Source of the DNA: Bacteroidales bacterium
GTDB lineage: Bacteria > Bacteroidota > Bacteroidia > Bacteroidales > UBA932
NCBI GenBank assembly: GCA_017438975.1
Contig: JAFRUH010000019.1
Coordinates: forward strand, 12,656 to 76,655
Direction of reading: 5' to 3'
Length of the DNA stretch: 64,000 nt
Part shown: one piece after another, positions 1 to 9,872 of the stretch
Position numbering within the stretch: position 1 is the first letter of the stretch
Layout of the letters: each line of letters starts with the position of its first letter
Notes under the pieces: generated by a model
The model's input: only the letters and a program-made list of their open reading frames with translations
Database searches by the model: none
Told to the model about the DNA's origin: nothing
Translations under genes and position numbers: made by a program

Positions 1-8
1 GTCCGTTT

Positions 9-83
9 TGGTAGCCCGAAGAGGAATCGAACCTCTATTTAAAGTTTAGGAAACTTCCGTTCTATCCGTTGAACTATCGGGCC
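9..83 (-). tRNA. tRNA-Arg (anticodon CCT)
   Basis: Reverse complement GGCCCGA-TA-GTTCAACGGATAGAAC-G-GAAGT-TTCCTAA-ACTTT-...-GAGGTTCGATTCCTC-TTCGGGCT-ACCA folds as a cloverleaf; CCA encoded. Confidence 0.95.
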
Positions 84-120
84 AACAAAAAAGTCGTCGT
101 GCGACGACTTCTCGAAAGTC

Positions 121-303
121 TTATTCAGCGCTCTTGACGATGATCTGACGACCTCTGTAATAACCGCACTCAGGGCATACCCTGTGGTACATAACGGTAG
201 CACCGCAGTTCGGGCAGACACTGAGGGTCGGAACAGGAGCGAAGTCATGCGTTCTTCTCTTGTCCCTTCTCTGCTTGGAGAGTTTGTGTTTCGGATGTGC
301 CAT
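121..303 (-). CDS. rpmF: 50S ribosomal protein L32
   Basis: MAHPKHKLSKQRRDKRRTH...CPNCG...HRVCPECGYYRG, zinc-ribbon L32 signature; downstream of yceD. Confidence 0.97.
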   Translation of the reverse strand: MAHPKHKLSKQRRDKRRTHDFAPVPTLSVCPNCGATVMYHRVCPECGYYRGRQIIVKSAE

Positions 304-324
304 TGTCTTATATTTTAAATATTA

Positions 325-852
325 TCATTTTCCATCAAAAAGTCCTTTCAGGGAAGCGAAAGGGCTGTCCGAACCTTCCGTTTTCCTTTCATTCCGACCA
401 TTCAGATATTTCAGCGCCTCCGGATTGCACCCGCCATCTTCGTGAACCCGCTGCATCGGGAGGGAGATGTTGATGAAATCGTATACGATCTGGCCAAGGT
501 CCAGGTCTGCATTGGAATCAGGGAGCAAGATAATCTCGCGATCCCCTTCCTTGAGGTCCTCTTCGGATGCGGAAGCATCACCGCCGAACTTCACGCTGAA
601 TTTCGGAGATGCTTCCACGGGAAGATCGAGATCCTCCAGACACCTGTCGCAGGAGACAGTCACATGGCCCTTCAGATCCACGTCGACCCCGATGTAGCGG
701 TTCGATTTCTCGACCGTCACCAGGACATCGACATCGGAGCCGAGGATTTCCGTATTGTCGAATGATTCAAAGAACTCTTTCCCCACCTTCCGTCTGAACT
801 CCGTCCTTCCGGGGGTCAATCCATTCAGAGGTATTACAAAAGTATCTTTCAT
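325..852 (-). CDS. yceD: YceD/DUF177 family protein
   Basis: CDRCL motif, LPMQRVHEDGGCN and SPFASLKGL C-terminus; conserved position before rpmF. Confidence 0.9.
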   Translation of the reverse strand: MKDTFVIPLNGLTPGRTEFRRKVGKEFFESFDNTEILGSDVDVLVTVEKSNRYIGVDVDLKGHVTVSCDRCLEDLDLPVEASPKFSVKFGGDASASEEDLKEGDREIILLPDSNADLDLGQIVYDFINISLPMQRVHEDGGCNPEALKYLNGRNERKTEGSDSPFASLKGLFDGK

Positions 853-877
853 AACGGCCCAAACAGATTAAGGGATG

Positions 878-885
878 CAAAGGTA
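878..885 (-). promoter_or_regulatory. Bacteroidetes -7 promoter element for yceD-rpmF-tRNA-Arg
   Basis: TACCTTTG on minus strand matches TAnnTTTG, 25 nt upstream of the yceD ATG. Confidence 0.7.
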
Positions 886-903
886 ATCATTTTTTTCCGA
901 AAA

Positions 904-2706
904 TCAATCCTCCGAGGAAGAATTTCTCTTCCTGTCGAGCGGATCGAGCAGAATCTTGCGCATACGCATGTGATTCGGCGTGATTTCGACCAGTTCGTCG
1001 TCCTGGATATATTCCAACGCCTCTTCGAGGGAGAACTTGATCGCAGGAGGGAGAATGACTTTTTCGTCGCTTCCCGAAGCGCGGACATTGGTCAGCTTCT
1101 TCGTCTTGCATATATTGATGTTCAGGTCCCGGTCACGGGTATGTTCCCCGACGACCTGGCCACCGTAGATTTCCTCACCGGGTTCGACGAAGAAACGGCC
1201 GCGGTCCAGAAGCTTGTTCATCGAGTAGGCGACGGCCTCTCCTGTCTCGAGGGAGACCAGGGAACCGTTCGTTCGCATCTCGATCTCGCCCTTGAAAGGC
1301 TGGTACTCCTTGAAGCGGTGAGCGACGACCGCCTCTCCCTGGGTGGCGGTCAGCAGGTTGCTCCGCAGGCCCATCAGGCCACGTGTCGGGATCTCGAATT
1401 CCAGCAGGGTCCGGTCTCCTCTGGGTTCCATCCGCACGAGCGCTCCTTTCCGGCGGGTCGAGATCTCGATCGCCGCTCCGACGAACTGCTCGGGGACTTC
1501 GATGGAAAGGTCCTCGATCGGCTCGCAGCGCTGCCCGTTGATCGTCTTGTCCAGCACCTTCGGCTGGCCGACCTGCAACTCGAATCCCTCGCGCCGCATC
1601 GTCTCGATCAGGACCGAAAGGTGCAGGACGCCGCGTCCGTAAACGACGAACGAATCGGCGTTGATGCCCGGCTTGACCCGCAGGGCCAGGTTTTTCTCCA
1701 GTTCCTTGTCCAGACGCTCCTTGATATGACGGGAGGTCACGTATTTTCCATCCTTTCCGAAGAACGGGGAATTGTTGATCATGAAAAGCATCGACATCGT
1801 CGGTTCGTCGACCGCGATCGGCGGCAGAGCCTCAGGATGCTCGATATCGGCGATCGTATCCCCGATTTCAAATCCCTCGATGCCGACCACAGCGCAGATA
1901 TCGCCGCAACCGACCTCCTCGACATTCGACTTCCCGAGCCCTTCAAAGATCATCAGCTGTTTGATTTTGGACTTCTCGATGATGTCATACCGCTTGCAAA
2001 GGCTTACGGGCATGCCCGTCCGCAGCGTTCCACGGGTAATCCTTCCGACAGCGATCCGGCCGACATAGGGCGAGTACTCGAGGGACGAGACCAGCATCTG
2101 GGGCGTTCCCTCCACTTTCGCCGGGGCCGGAATCTCTTCGAGAATCGTATCGAGAAGGGCCGTGATGTCCCCCGTAGGTTGCTTCCAGTCATGGGACATC
2201 CAGCCCTGTTTCGCACTGCCGTAGATCGTTTTGAAATCCAGCTGCTCCTCCGTTGCGTTAAGGGCGAACATCAGGTCGAAGACCTCTTCCTGGACCTCAT
2301 CCGGCCTGCAGTTCGGCTTGTCGACCTTGTTGATCACGACGATCGGTTTCTTGCCCATCTCCAGGGCTTTCTGGAGCACAAAACGTGTCTGCGGCATACA
2401 GCCCTCGAAGGCGTCGACCAGCAGGAGGACGCCGTCCGCCATATTGAGGACACGCTCGACCTCGCCTCCGAAGTCACTGTGTCCGGGAGTATCTATAATA
2501 TTGATTTTCACGCCCTTATATGTCACTGAGACATTCTTGGCGAGAATGGTGATCCCCCTCTCCCTCTCAAGGTCATTGCTGTCTAGGATAAGGTTGCCCA
2601 GATCTTCGGGACGGCGCACCAGATTGGCCTGGTAAATCATCCGGTCGACGAGGGTCGTCTTGCCATGATCGACATGGGCAATGATCGCTATGTTCCTGAT
2701 TTCCAT
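904..2706 (-). CDS. typA: Translational GTPase TypA/BipA
   Basis: IRNIAIIAHVDHGKTTLVD, ERERGITI, DTPGHSDFGGEVER, NKVD, C-terminal EYIQDDELVEITP. Confidence 0.98.
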   Translation of the reverse strand: MEIRNIAIIAHVDHGKTTLVDRMIYQANLVRRPEDLGNLILDSNDLERERGITILAKNVSVTYKGVKINIIDTPGHSDFGGEVERVLNMADGVLLLVDAFEGCMPQTRFVLQKALEMGKKPIVVINKVDKPNCRPDEVQEEVFDLMFALNATEEQLDFKTIYGSAKQGWMSHDWKQPTGDITALLDTILEEIPAPAKVEGTPQMLVSSLEYSPYVGRIAVGRITRGTLRTGMPVSLCKRYDIIEKSKIKQLMIFEGLGKSNVEEVGCGDICAVVGIEGFEIGDTIADIEHPEALPPIAVDEPTMSMLFMINNSPFFGKDGKYVTSRHIKERLDKELEKNLALRVKPGINADSFVVYGRGVLHLSVLIETMRREGFELQVGQPKVLDKTINGQRCEPIEDLSIEVPEQFVGAAIEISTRRKGALVRMEPRGDRTLLEFEIPTRGLMGLRSNLLTATQGEAVVAHRFKEYQPFKGEIEMRTNGSLVSLETGEAVAYSMNKLLDRGRFFVEPGEEIYGGQVVGEHTRDRDLNINICKTKKLTNVRASGSDEKVILPPAIKFSLEEALEYIQDDELVEITPNHMRMRKILLDPLDRKRNSSSED

Positions 2707-2727
2707 ACACTAACTATTAAAAACTTG

Positions 2728-2777
2728 CAAAATTACGGAATTATCGCAAGAAATGCAGTATTTATTTTATATTTTTG
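2728..2777. promoter_or_regulatory. Divergent -7 elements for typA (minus) and guaA (plus)
   Basis: TAATTTTG on minus strand at 2728-2735 and TATTTTTG on plus strand at 2770-2777, in a 90-bp AT-rich intergenic region. Confidence 0.65.
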
Positions 2778-2796
2778 CATCCAGTTTTGAAATCGT

Positions 2797-4383
2797 ATGA
2801 CTGAGAAAATCATCATTCTGGATTGCGGTTCCCAGGTGACCATGCTGATCGGCCGCCGCCTCAGGGAAATCAACGTCTTCTGTGAAATCCATCCGTTCAA
2901 CAAGGTTCCGGTCCTCGACGGGGATGTCCGCGGGGTCATCATCTCCGGCAGTCCCTGCTCGGTCCGGGACGCCAACGCCCCCCGCATCGACCTGTCCGGG
3001 ATCAAGGGGCGTTTCCCTCTCCTCGGAATCTGCTACGGTGCCCAGTATCTGGCGCATACCTGCGGCGGCAGCGTCGAAGGGTCCCTCGCCCGGGAATACG
3101 GACGCGCCCAGCTCCGGGTTACGGATCCCGGCTCTCCCCTGCTGGAGGGCATCTCCGCAGAAAGCGTGGTCTGGATGTCCCACGGGGATACCATCGCCCG
3201 CCTTCCGGAAGGAGCCAGGTCCATCGCATCGACCGCCGACGTAGCCAACGCCGCCTTCAGTTTCGACGGGGAGAATACCTACGGCGTACAGTTCCACCCG
3301 GAAGTCTATCACACGGAAGAAGGGCTCCGGATGCTCTCCAACTTCGCCCTTGGCATCTGCGGATGCAAGGGCGACTGGACCCCGGACGCCTTCATCGAGA
3401 CGACCGTCCGTCACCTGAGGGAGCGCATCCCGTCAGGCGAAAAAGTCATCCTCGGCCTCAGCGGCGGAGTCGACTCGACCGTCGCCGCCGTCCTGATGAA
3501 CAAGGCGATCGGTTCCCAGCTTACCTGCATCTTCGTCAACAACGGTCTCCTCAGGAAAAACGAATTCAAGGATGTCCTCGCCTCATACAAGGACATGGGC
3601 CTCAACGTGATCGGCGCGGACGCCGCCCAGGACTTTCTCACCGCCCTTTCGGGCCTTTCCGAACCGGAAAGCAAGCGAAAGGCGATCGGAAGGGTCTTCG
3701 TCGAGACCTTCGAGAAATACGCCCGGCAGATCGAGGGGGCCCGCTGGCTCGCCCAGGGGACGATCTATCCCGATGTCATCGAATCCGCCGGGATCGAGGG
3801 CATCGCCTCCAAGATCAAATCCCACCACAACGTCGGCGGACTGCCCGAAAAAATGGACCTCAGGGTCGTCGAACCGCTCCGGACCCTTTTCAAGGACGAA
3901 GTTCGTCGGGTCGGCCGCGCCCTCGGCATCAAGGAAGAACTGATCGGACGCCACCCCTTCCCGGGGCCGTCCCTCGCCATCCGCATCATCGGGGAAGTAA
4001 CTGAAGATAAACTGGATATCCTCCGGGAAGCGGACGATATCTTCATCCGCGGGCTCCGCAGCTACGACTGTTCCGCCCTGCACCTTCCCTCCGCCGCGGA
4101 ACCCTCCCGCGAGGCCAGAAACCTCTATGAGGCCATCTGGCAGGCCGGCGTCATCCTCCTCCCGGTCCGAAGCGTCGGAGTGATGGGCGATGAAAGGACC
4201 TATGAGTTTCCGGTCGCCCTCCGCGCCGTCGTCTCGACCGACGCGATGACTGCCGACTGGTTCCATTTCCCCTATGATTTCCTCGCAGACATCAGCAACG
4301 AGATCATCAACAAGGTCCGCGGTGTGAACCGCGTCGTATACGACATCTCTTCCAAACCCCCGGCAACGATCGAGTGGGAGTAG
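2797..4383 (+). CDS. guaA: GMP synthase (glutamine-hydrolysing)
   Basis: [46 protein letters not shown]. Confidence 0.98.
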   Translation: MTEKIIILDCGSQVTMLIGRRLREINVFCEIHPFNKVPVLDGDVRGVIISGSPCSVRDANAPRIDLSGIKGRFPLLGICYGAQYLAHTCGGSVEGSLAREYGRAQLRVTDPGSPLLEGISAESVVWMSHGDTIARLPEGARSIASTADVANAAFSFDGENTYGVQFHPEVYHTEEGLRMLSNFALGICGCKGDWTPDAFIETTVRHLRERIPSGEKVILGLSGGVDSTVAAVLMNKAIGSQLTCIFVNNGLLRKNEFKDVLASYKDMGLNVIGADAAQDFLTALSGLSEPESKRKAIGRVFVETFEKYARQIEGARWLAQGTIYPDVIESAGIEGIASKIKSHHNVGGLPEKMDLRVVEPLRTLFKDEVRRVGRALGIKEELIGRHPFPGPSLAIRIIGEVTEDKLDILREADDIFIRGLRSYDCSALHLPSAAEPSREARNLYEAIWQAGVILLPVRSVGVMGDERTYEFPVALRAVVSTDAMTADWFHFPYDFLADISNEIINKVRGVNRVVYDISSKPPATIEWE

Positions 4384-4388
4384 AAAAA

Positions 4389-4418
4389 CAGAGGCTGGCC
4401 CAAAAGGGTCAGCCTCTG
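4389..4418. terminator. Hairpin between convergent guaA and DUF1080 genes
   Basis: CAGAGGCTGGCCC-AAAA-GGGTCAGCCTCTG, 13-bp stem with one G-T pair, preceded by an A run (U tract on minus strand). Confidence 0.8.
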
Positions 4419-4439
4419 CTGTCAGAAACGGGCAGGACG

Positions 4440-5720
4440 CTACAGGGTCTTGAGCTTGATGTTTCTCCAGCGAACCTTGATGCCGCCTCCGTCATGGATC
4501 TGCAGGGCGATGCGGCCGTTGCCGGCACCGATCTTTTCGTCGGTGATGTCGACCATCTGCTGACCGTTGAGCCAGGTCTGGATCCGGTCTCCTTCGGCAA
4601 GGATGCGCATCGTGTTCCACTCCCCTTCCTTCAGGATCTCTTCCTTCTCGTCCGGGATCTGGATGAGCCAGCCGCGTCCATAGGACTCGTAGATACCGCC
4701 GGTATCATGTCCCTTCGGGGCGACTTCGACCTGCCAGCCGCGGACCTTGGTCCCGTTGACCGTCGAGCGAATGAAGACGCCGGAATTGCCGTTCGCCTCC
4801 TGCTTGAACTCCAGGCTGAGGTCGAAATTGTTGTAATACTCTTCCGTTCCCAGATAGCCGTAGGCCTTGTCCGGGCCGCTCTCGCAGACCAGGTTGCCCT
4901 CCTCGTCGACATACCAGAGCTCGGTTCCATAGGGCACCCAGCCGGTCAGGTCCTTTCCGTTGAAGAGAACGACTTCCTCGCTCTTGGCGGGGAGTTCCTT
5001 GATCTTGATGTTGCGAAACCAGGCCGGATAGCCGTGGTCCTGGAGGCAGATGACGCCGCGGCGGGCGAGGCCGTATTCCGGGGCGTTCTCCCACTTGCCG
5101 CTGTTCTTGCGAGCAAACCAGTCAGGGGTCCAGGCGTCGAATTCAACGGTAACCTTCCCGTTGAGAAGGTAGGTCACATGGCCGTTGTCGAAGATGATCT
5201 CGGACTGGTTCCATTCGCCTGCGGGCTTGAGGTCACGGGCCTCGAAATCAGGGACATACATTGCGTAGTCGACCGCGCAGCGCTGCCAGGGTTCGAGGAC
5301 GTAGCCGTCATTCATCTCCGTGAAATTCTCGTCGTCGATGATCTGGTACTCGGGACCGGTCACATACGGAACCTTGAAATCGGGACGCTCCACTACATGG
5401 TAGAGCATGCCGCTGTTGCCGCCTTTGGAGATCTTCCATTCCCACTTCAGGTCAAAGTTCTCGTAAGACTTGTCGGTAACGATGTAGCCGTGGCCGTCGT
5501 CGCCTTTCCCGGTCGCCTCGATAGTGCCGTCAACGACGGTCCAGGGACCGGTCAGTTCCGTTCCATTGTAGTCGCGCCATCCGTCGAGGGTTTTCCCGTC
5601 GAAGAGCAGCTGCCATCCGTCGGCCTCCTCGGCCTTTGTCAGCGTGTTGGCTTTCGGGCCGCAGCCGGAAAGAGCGGCGGCCGCTGCCGCAACACTCAGA
5701 ATGATCAAAACTCTTTTCAT
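4440..5720 (-). CDS. Tandem DUF1080 (3-keto-disaccharide hydrolase-like) lipoprotein
   Basis: Lipobox LSGC; two repeats each with LF(D/N)GK, (G/A)NSG and (C/A)LQ(D/I)H..FRNIK-like ends. Confidence 0.85.
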   Translation of the reverse strand: MKRVLIILSVAAAAAALSGCGPKANTLTKAEEADGWQLLFDGKTLDGWRDYNGTELTGPWTVVDGTIEATGKGDDGHGYIVTDKSYENFDLKWEWKISKGGNSGMLYHVVERPDFKVPYVTGPEYQIIDDENFTEMNDGYVLEPWQRCAVDYAMYVPDFEARDLKPAGEWNQSEIIFDNGHVTYLLNGKVTVEFDAWTPDWFARKNSGKWENAPEYGLARRGVICLQDHGYPAWFRNIKIKELPAKSEEVVLFNGKDLTGWVPYGTELWYVDEEGNLVCESGPDKAYGYLGTEEYYNNFDLSLEFKQEANGNSGVFIRSTVNGTKVRGWQVEVAPKGHDTGGIYESYGRGWLIQIPDEKEEILKEGEWNTMRILAEGDRIQTWLNGQQMVDITDEKIGAGNGRIALQIHDGGGIKVRWRNIKLKTL

Positions 5721-5752
5721 ATCTTAAACAATTAAAAGTTGATTTCCAGCCA

Positions 5753-5760
5753 CAAAGGTA
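5753..5760 (-). promoter_or_regulatory. -7 promoter element for the DUF1080 gene
   Basis: TACCTTTG on minus strand 32 nt upstream of the ATG. Confidence 0.65.
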
Positions 5761-5836
5761 ATTCTTTCCAAAGATAATCACTTTGCCATTGATTTGCAAC
5801 AAAGCCGACCCCCCGGAGGAATAATCCATATACGAA

Positions 5837-5863
5837 AAAACCGGAGAACGATTCTCCGGTTTT
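5837..5863 (-). terminator. Intrinsic terminator after tRNA-Pro
   Basis: AAAACCGGAGAA-CGA-TTCTCCGGTTTT perfect stem with T tracts on both strands. Confidence 0.85.
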
Positions 5864-5867
5864 CATG

Positions 5868-5940
5868 TCGGGATGACTCGACTCGAACGAGCGACCCCTA
5901 CGTCCCGAACGTAGTGCGCTACCAACTGCGCTACATCCCG
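5868..5940 (-). tRNA. tRNA-Pro (anticodon CGG)
   Basis: CGGGATGTAGCGCAGTTGGTAGCGCACTACG-TTCGGGA-CGTAGGGGTCGCTCGTTCGAGTCGAGTCATCCCGA; CCA not encoded (ends ACA). Confidence 0.95.
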
Positions 5941-5961
5941 ATTGTCAGTCTTGCGGGAAAC

Positions 5962-6216
5962 TTAGGAAAGTTTGTTGATATAGACTGCGAGACCGCTCTT
6001 GAGGTTGGCGGCTTTGTTCTTGTGGATCACACCGATCTTGGCAAGCTTGTCGATCATGGAGTAGACCTTCGGGGCATTCTCCTCAGCGGATTTCTTGTCA
6101 GTGGTGTTACGCAGGTCGCGGATCGCGTTCCTCGTCGTCTTTGCATAATACTTGTTATGCAATCTGTGCCTCTCGCTCTGTCGAGCGGCTTTCTGTGCAG
6201 ATTTTGTGTTTGCCAT
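5962..6216 (-). CDS. rpsT: 30S ribosomal protein S20
   Basis: MANTKSAQK...[20 protein letters not shown]. Confidence 0.97.
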   Translation of the reverse strand: MANTKSAQKAARQSERHRLHNKYYAKTTRNAIRDLRNTTDKKSAEENAPKVYSMIDKLAKIGVIHKNKAANLKSGLAVYINKLS

Positions 6217-6237
6217 TATGTTATTTTTTTATTTTTC

Positions 6238-6312
6238 TGGTAGTGGGTAGGAGAATCGAACTCCTATTGCGGGAATGAAAATCCCGAGTACTAGCCGTTA
6301 TACGAACCCACC
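6238..6312 (-). tRNA. tRNA-Glu (anticodon TTC)
   Basis: GGTGGGTTCGTATAACGGCTAGTACTCGGGA-TTTTCAT-TCCCGCAATAGGAGTTCGATTCTCCTACCCACTACCA; CCA encoded. Confidence 0.95.
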
Positions 6313-6327
6313 ATTAGTTAGGGAGTG

Positions 6328-6358
6328 CAAAGGTACGAAATTTTTTTTATTGACCAAA
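6328..6358 (-). promoter_or_regulatory. Promoter of the tRNA-Glu-rpsT-tRNA-Pro unit
   Basis: Minus strand TTTG (6355-6358), 19-nt spacer, TACCTTTG (6328-6335): canonical -33/-7 geometry. Confidence 0.8.
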
Positions 6359-6367
6359 TAAAAATCT

Positions 6368-7381
6368 TTATTTTTTCCCTTTCTTCCACTCAAACGAAAA
6401 AAGCAGCGATTCCACCTCCCTCAGATACCGGCGCTTGTCATATTTCGGAGCATAGACAAAAGCCTCAAGGACAATGATATCTTTCCCGTCCTTGCTGTAG
6501 AACGAGTGAGAGACGAAGGGGCCGCCCATATAATCGTTGTACACCTCCCAGAAACCGCGGGTCTCCATGAACTCGATACCATGGTACTTCTTCGACAGGG
6601 TCGTCGGCTCGATCGCCATCGAGGTCGTCATATAGGTATTCTCGAACATTCCCGGGACATTTTCCTGCATGATCTCGTTACGCTTGGCGATGATGTTCTC
6701 CAGCGTGAAAGGATCGGATACGGTCACCGGATAGCGGTAGATCAGGACGGTCTGGTTCGTATACTGTTTCTCATCGGCGATCCAGAGGAAATTGTCCGTC
6801 TCCTTCTTGAGCCGGTATCCGCTCGGGAAATGGATGATCCCGCCCGTCAGTTTCTCGACCGGCTGGCGCAGCGACAGTTCCTCGTATTTGATCGAATTGG
6901 CGATGATCCGGCCTCGCTCGGCCTGTTCGAAGAACTCCCGGACGACATCCCCGTTCTCGGATAGGATCTTCACGGCCGAGGCGCGGTCGAAAGCATTGAT
7001 CTGCGCTACGGACTGGGGACGTGCCCATTTATCCTGCTGGTAGACCATCCCCTCCTTCTGGAGCTGCGGATCGATATTGACGATCAGGATGTTCCGGTGG
7101 ATCTTGAACATATTGTTGAAATTGCCCTGGGGCACGTTCGCCAGGGAATAGAGCGGTTCCCGCTGGGCCAGGTACGGGCAATCCGACGCGAGAAGGTCGC
7201 GGATTCCGGTGCCGAGGTCGCCTTCCCAGGAATCCCGGTCGATCACGACGATGACCTCCCCCGCCTTTCCGCTCACATTCGGGAGCAGGGCGGTTCGGGA
7301 AGCCTTCTTACCCGCGCAACCAACGAGGGCAAGGAGGGCCGAAAGAATGGCCACTAATCTATATAAGTACTTCATAACCAT
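6368..7381 (-). CDS. DUF4837 family lipoprotein
   Basis: Lipobox LVGC; WARPQ, RGFW...MGGPFVSH, EAFVYAPKYDKR motifs. Confidence 0.8.
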   Translation of the reverse strand: MVMKYLYRLVAILSALLALVGCAGKKASRTALLPNVSGKAGEVIVVIDRDSWEGDLGTGIRDLLASDCPYLAQREPLYSLANVPQGNFNNMFKIHRNILIVNIDPQLQKEGMVYQQDKWARPQSVAQINAFDRASAVKILSENGDVVREFFEQAERGRIIANSIKYEELSLRQPVEKLTGGIIHFPSGYRLKKETDNFLWIADEKQYTNQTVLIYRYPVTVSDPFTLENIIAKRNEIMQENVPGMFENTYMTTSMAIEPTTLSKKYHGIEFMETRGFWEVYNDYMGGPFVSHSFYSKDGKDIIVLEAFVYAPKYDKRRYLREVESLLFSFEWKKGKK

Positions 7382-7385
7382 ATAT

Positions 7386-8723
7386 TTATCTTAACAATCT
7401 TCCAATATCGTTACCGAAGGCCAGCATCATCAGCAGAAGCAGGAGCAGCATCCCGATGACCTGTGCGACGGCCATAAACCGGTCGGACGGCTTCTTCCCG
7501 GTCAGCATCTCATAGAGACAGAACACGATGTGCCCCCCGTCAAGCGCCGGGATCGGGAGGAGGTTCATCACGCCCAGCATGATCGAGAGGATCGCGAGGA
7601 TGTTGAGGAACTGGTACCAGTCCCACGCCGAAGGAAAGACCTGACCGATGGCGATGAAACTACCGACCGACTTGTACGCCTCCGTCCGGGGCGTGAAGAC
7701 CAGTTTGAGGTCCCGCAGGTAGCCGCCGATCGTCGATCCGGTCAACTTCAACCCGGCCGGCACCGCCTGGGCGAGCGTATAGGAACGCCGCTCGATCCCC
7801 GGCATGACCGTATAGACGCCGATCATTCCGAGCGAATCGACCTGCAGGTCCATCGAGAGCGTATCGCTTCCCCTGAGGATACTGGCAGGGACTCTCCCAC
7901 CCGCATGCTCCCGCAGGATCTTTCGTGAATCCTGGACGAAGGGGACCTCCTCTCCGGCGAGGGTGAGGATCTGGTCTCCGTGGACAAGTCCCGCCCCTGC
8001 ATTCGGGGACGAAACCATCACGGTATCGATTACGAACGGAATGGCAAGCTCGAACATACCAGGGGTGTTGAGCACCGCCCCGATCATGGACTGGTCGATA
8101 TAGATATCGAGGGTATCTCCGTCCCGGAGCACCGTCGCCTTCCGCACGTCGCGCCGGGCAAGGTCGGCCTGCAGGCTCCCGAAGTCCTCGGGCACATAAT
8201 CGTCGAAAGCCAGGATCTGGTCTCCGGTCCGGAAGCCCATCTCGTAGGCCAACTCATTGACATAGATGCGGTTTCCTTCGTTCCGGATAAAGGCGCTCCC
8301 GTAGATCGCCATGATGGCGATGTAAAGAAGGATCGCGAAAATGAAGTTGTACAGGACCCCGCCCGCCATGACCAGCAGCCGCTGCCAGGACTTTTTCGTC
8401 CGGAACTCCCACGGCTGTGGTTCGGAGCGCATCGACTCCATGTCCATCGATTCGTCGATCATCCCGCTGATCTTGCAGTAGCCGCCGAGCGGAAGCCAGC
8501 CGATCCCGTATTCCGTCTCCCAGGAGGCGGCCTTCGGGAAAAGGCGGGTGAACCACTTCGAGCGGGTGCTGAAGAATTTCTTCCCCCCGATATCGAAGAA
8601 GAGGAAGAACTTGTCGACCCGGATCCCGAAGATCTTGGCAAAGGTAAAATGACCCGCCTCGTGAATGATGATCAGGAGGGAAAGGGCCAGGATGACCTGA
8701 AGAGTCTTTATGAGTGCAACCAT
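7386..8723 (-). CDS. rseP: RIP metalloprotease RseP (M50, PDZ)
   Basis: HEAGH zinc motif, WLPLGGY, NLLPIPALDGGH; follows dxr. Confidence 0.95.
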   Translation of the reverse strand: MVALIKTLQVILALSLLIIIHEAGHFTFAKIFGIRVDKFFLFFDIGGKKFFSTRSKWFTRLFPKAASWETEYGIGWLPLGGYCKISGMIDESMDMESMRSEPQPWEFRTKKSWQRLLVMAGGVLYNFIFAILLYIAIMAIYGSAFIRNEGNRIYVNELAYEMGFRTGDQILAFDDYVPEDFGSLQADLARRDVRKATVLRDGDTLDIYIDQSMIGAVLNTPGMFELAIPFVIDTVMVSSPNAGAGLVHGDQILTLAGEEVPFVQDSRKILREHAGGRVPASILRGSDTLSMDLQVDSLGMIGVYTVMPGIERRSYTLAQAVPAGLKLTGSTIGGYLRDLKLVFTPRTEAYKSVGSFIAIGQVFPSAWDWYQFLNILAILSIMLGVMNLLPIPALDGGHIVFCLYEMLTGKKPSDRFMAVAQVIGMLLLLLLMMLAFGNDIGRLLR

Positions 8724-9871
8724 CTGCGGATCAATTCGTCGGCACGGCGTAAAACGACATCATTCGTTGTGAAGATGTCTTCCGGCGACGGTTCCGCTAC
8801 AAAATCCACGCCATCGATACAGTCGGATACGATGCCTGAGATATCGTAGAATCCGATCCTGTCCTCCAGGTATGCGGCGACAGCCGCCTCGTTTGCGGCG
8901 TTCAGGGCCGCCGGGACGTTCCCTCCCCTTCCGATCGCATCGAAGGCAAGGCCGAGGCACGGGAACCGCTCGAGGTCGGGTTCCTGGAAAGAAAGGGATC
9001 CGAGGGCGGCGAAATCGAGTTTCTTATTGTTGAGATACAGGCGTTCCGGATAAGTCAGGGCGAGCTGGATCGGTTCCCGCATGTCGGGGCAGCCCAACTG
9101 GGCGATGACGGACCCGTCCCGGAATTCGACCATCGAGTGGATGATCGACTCGGGATGCACGACGACATGGATCTTCGCGGCAGGGGTTTCGAAAAGCCAT
9201 TTCGCCTCGATAAGTTCGAACCCTTTGTTCATCATCGTCGCGGAATCGATCGTGATCTTGGCACCCATGGACCAGTTCGGATGCTTCAGGGCCATATCCT
9301 TGGTCGCTGCGGCGATGCGTTCCCGGGGCCAAGTCCGGAAAGGCCCGCCGGAAGCGGTCAGATGTATCTTTTCGACCGGATTGCCGGCCGCTCCCTCGAG
9401 GCACTGCCAGATCGCGGAATGCTCCGAATCGACGGGGCGGATCCGGACGCCGGCTTTCTCCGCCCGGTCCATCACGATCGAACCGGCGGCGACGAGGGTT
9501 TCCTTGTTTGCGAGGGCGATGGTCTTCCCCGCCCCGATCGCAGCGAGGGTCGGACGGAGCCCGCTGAATCCCACCAGGGCGGAAAGGACGATATCGACAT
9601 CCCCGGTAACGAGTCCGCAGACGGAATCCATCCCCGCATGGACCTCTGTCGTCGTCCCGGAGAGGGCTCTCCGGACTTCCTCCCACTTTGAGGGATCGCA
9701 GATGACGACATCGTCAGGTTTGAACTCAAGAGCTTGTTTTATAAGTAGTTCCGAACTTGAACGGGCCGTCAGGAGCGCCACTTCGAAGCGGTCGGGATGC
9801 AGGCGGACCACATCAAGGGTCTGCCGCCCGATCGACCCTGTCGAACCCAATATCGCAATTCTGGTTTTCAT
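8708..9871 (-). CDS. dxr: 1-deoxy-D-xylulose-5-phosphate reductoisomerase
   Basis: LGSTGSIG, LANKETLV, PVDSEHSA, HPNWSMGAKITIDSATMMNKG. Confidence 0.98.
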   Translation of the reverse strand: MKTRIAILGSTGSIGRQTLDVVRLHPDRFEVALLTARSSSELLIKQALEFKPDDVVICDPSKWEEVRRALSGTTTEVHAGMDSVCGLVTGDVDIVLSALVGFSGLRPTLAAIGAGKTIALANKETLVAAGSIVMDRAEKAGVRIRPVDSEHSAIWQCLEGAAGNPVEKIHLTASGGPFRTWPRERIAAATKDMALKHPNWSMGAKITIDSATMMNKGFELIEAKWLFETPAAKIHVVVHPESIIHSMVEFRDGSVIAQLGCPDMREPIQLALTYPERLYLNNKKLDFAALGSLSFQEPDLERFPCLGLAFDAIGRGGNVPAALNAANEAAVAAYLEDRIGFYDISGIVSDCIDGVDFVAEPSPEDIFTTNDVVLRRADELIRRWLHS

Positions 9872-9872
9872 C

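Noticed and set aside
5868-5940. tRNA-Pro without encoded CCA, and tRNAs as integration sites
   Set aside because: CCA can be added post-transcriptionally; no duplicated tRNA 3' ends or integrase were seen near the three tRNAs.
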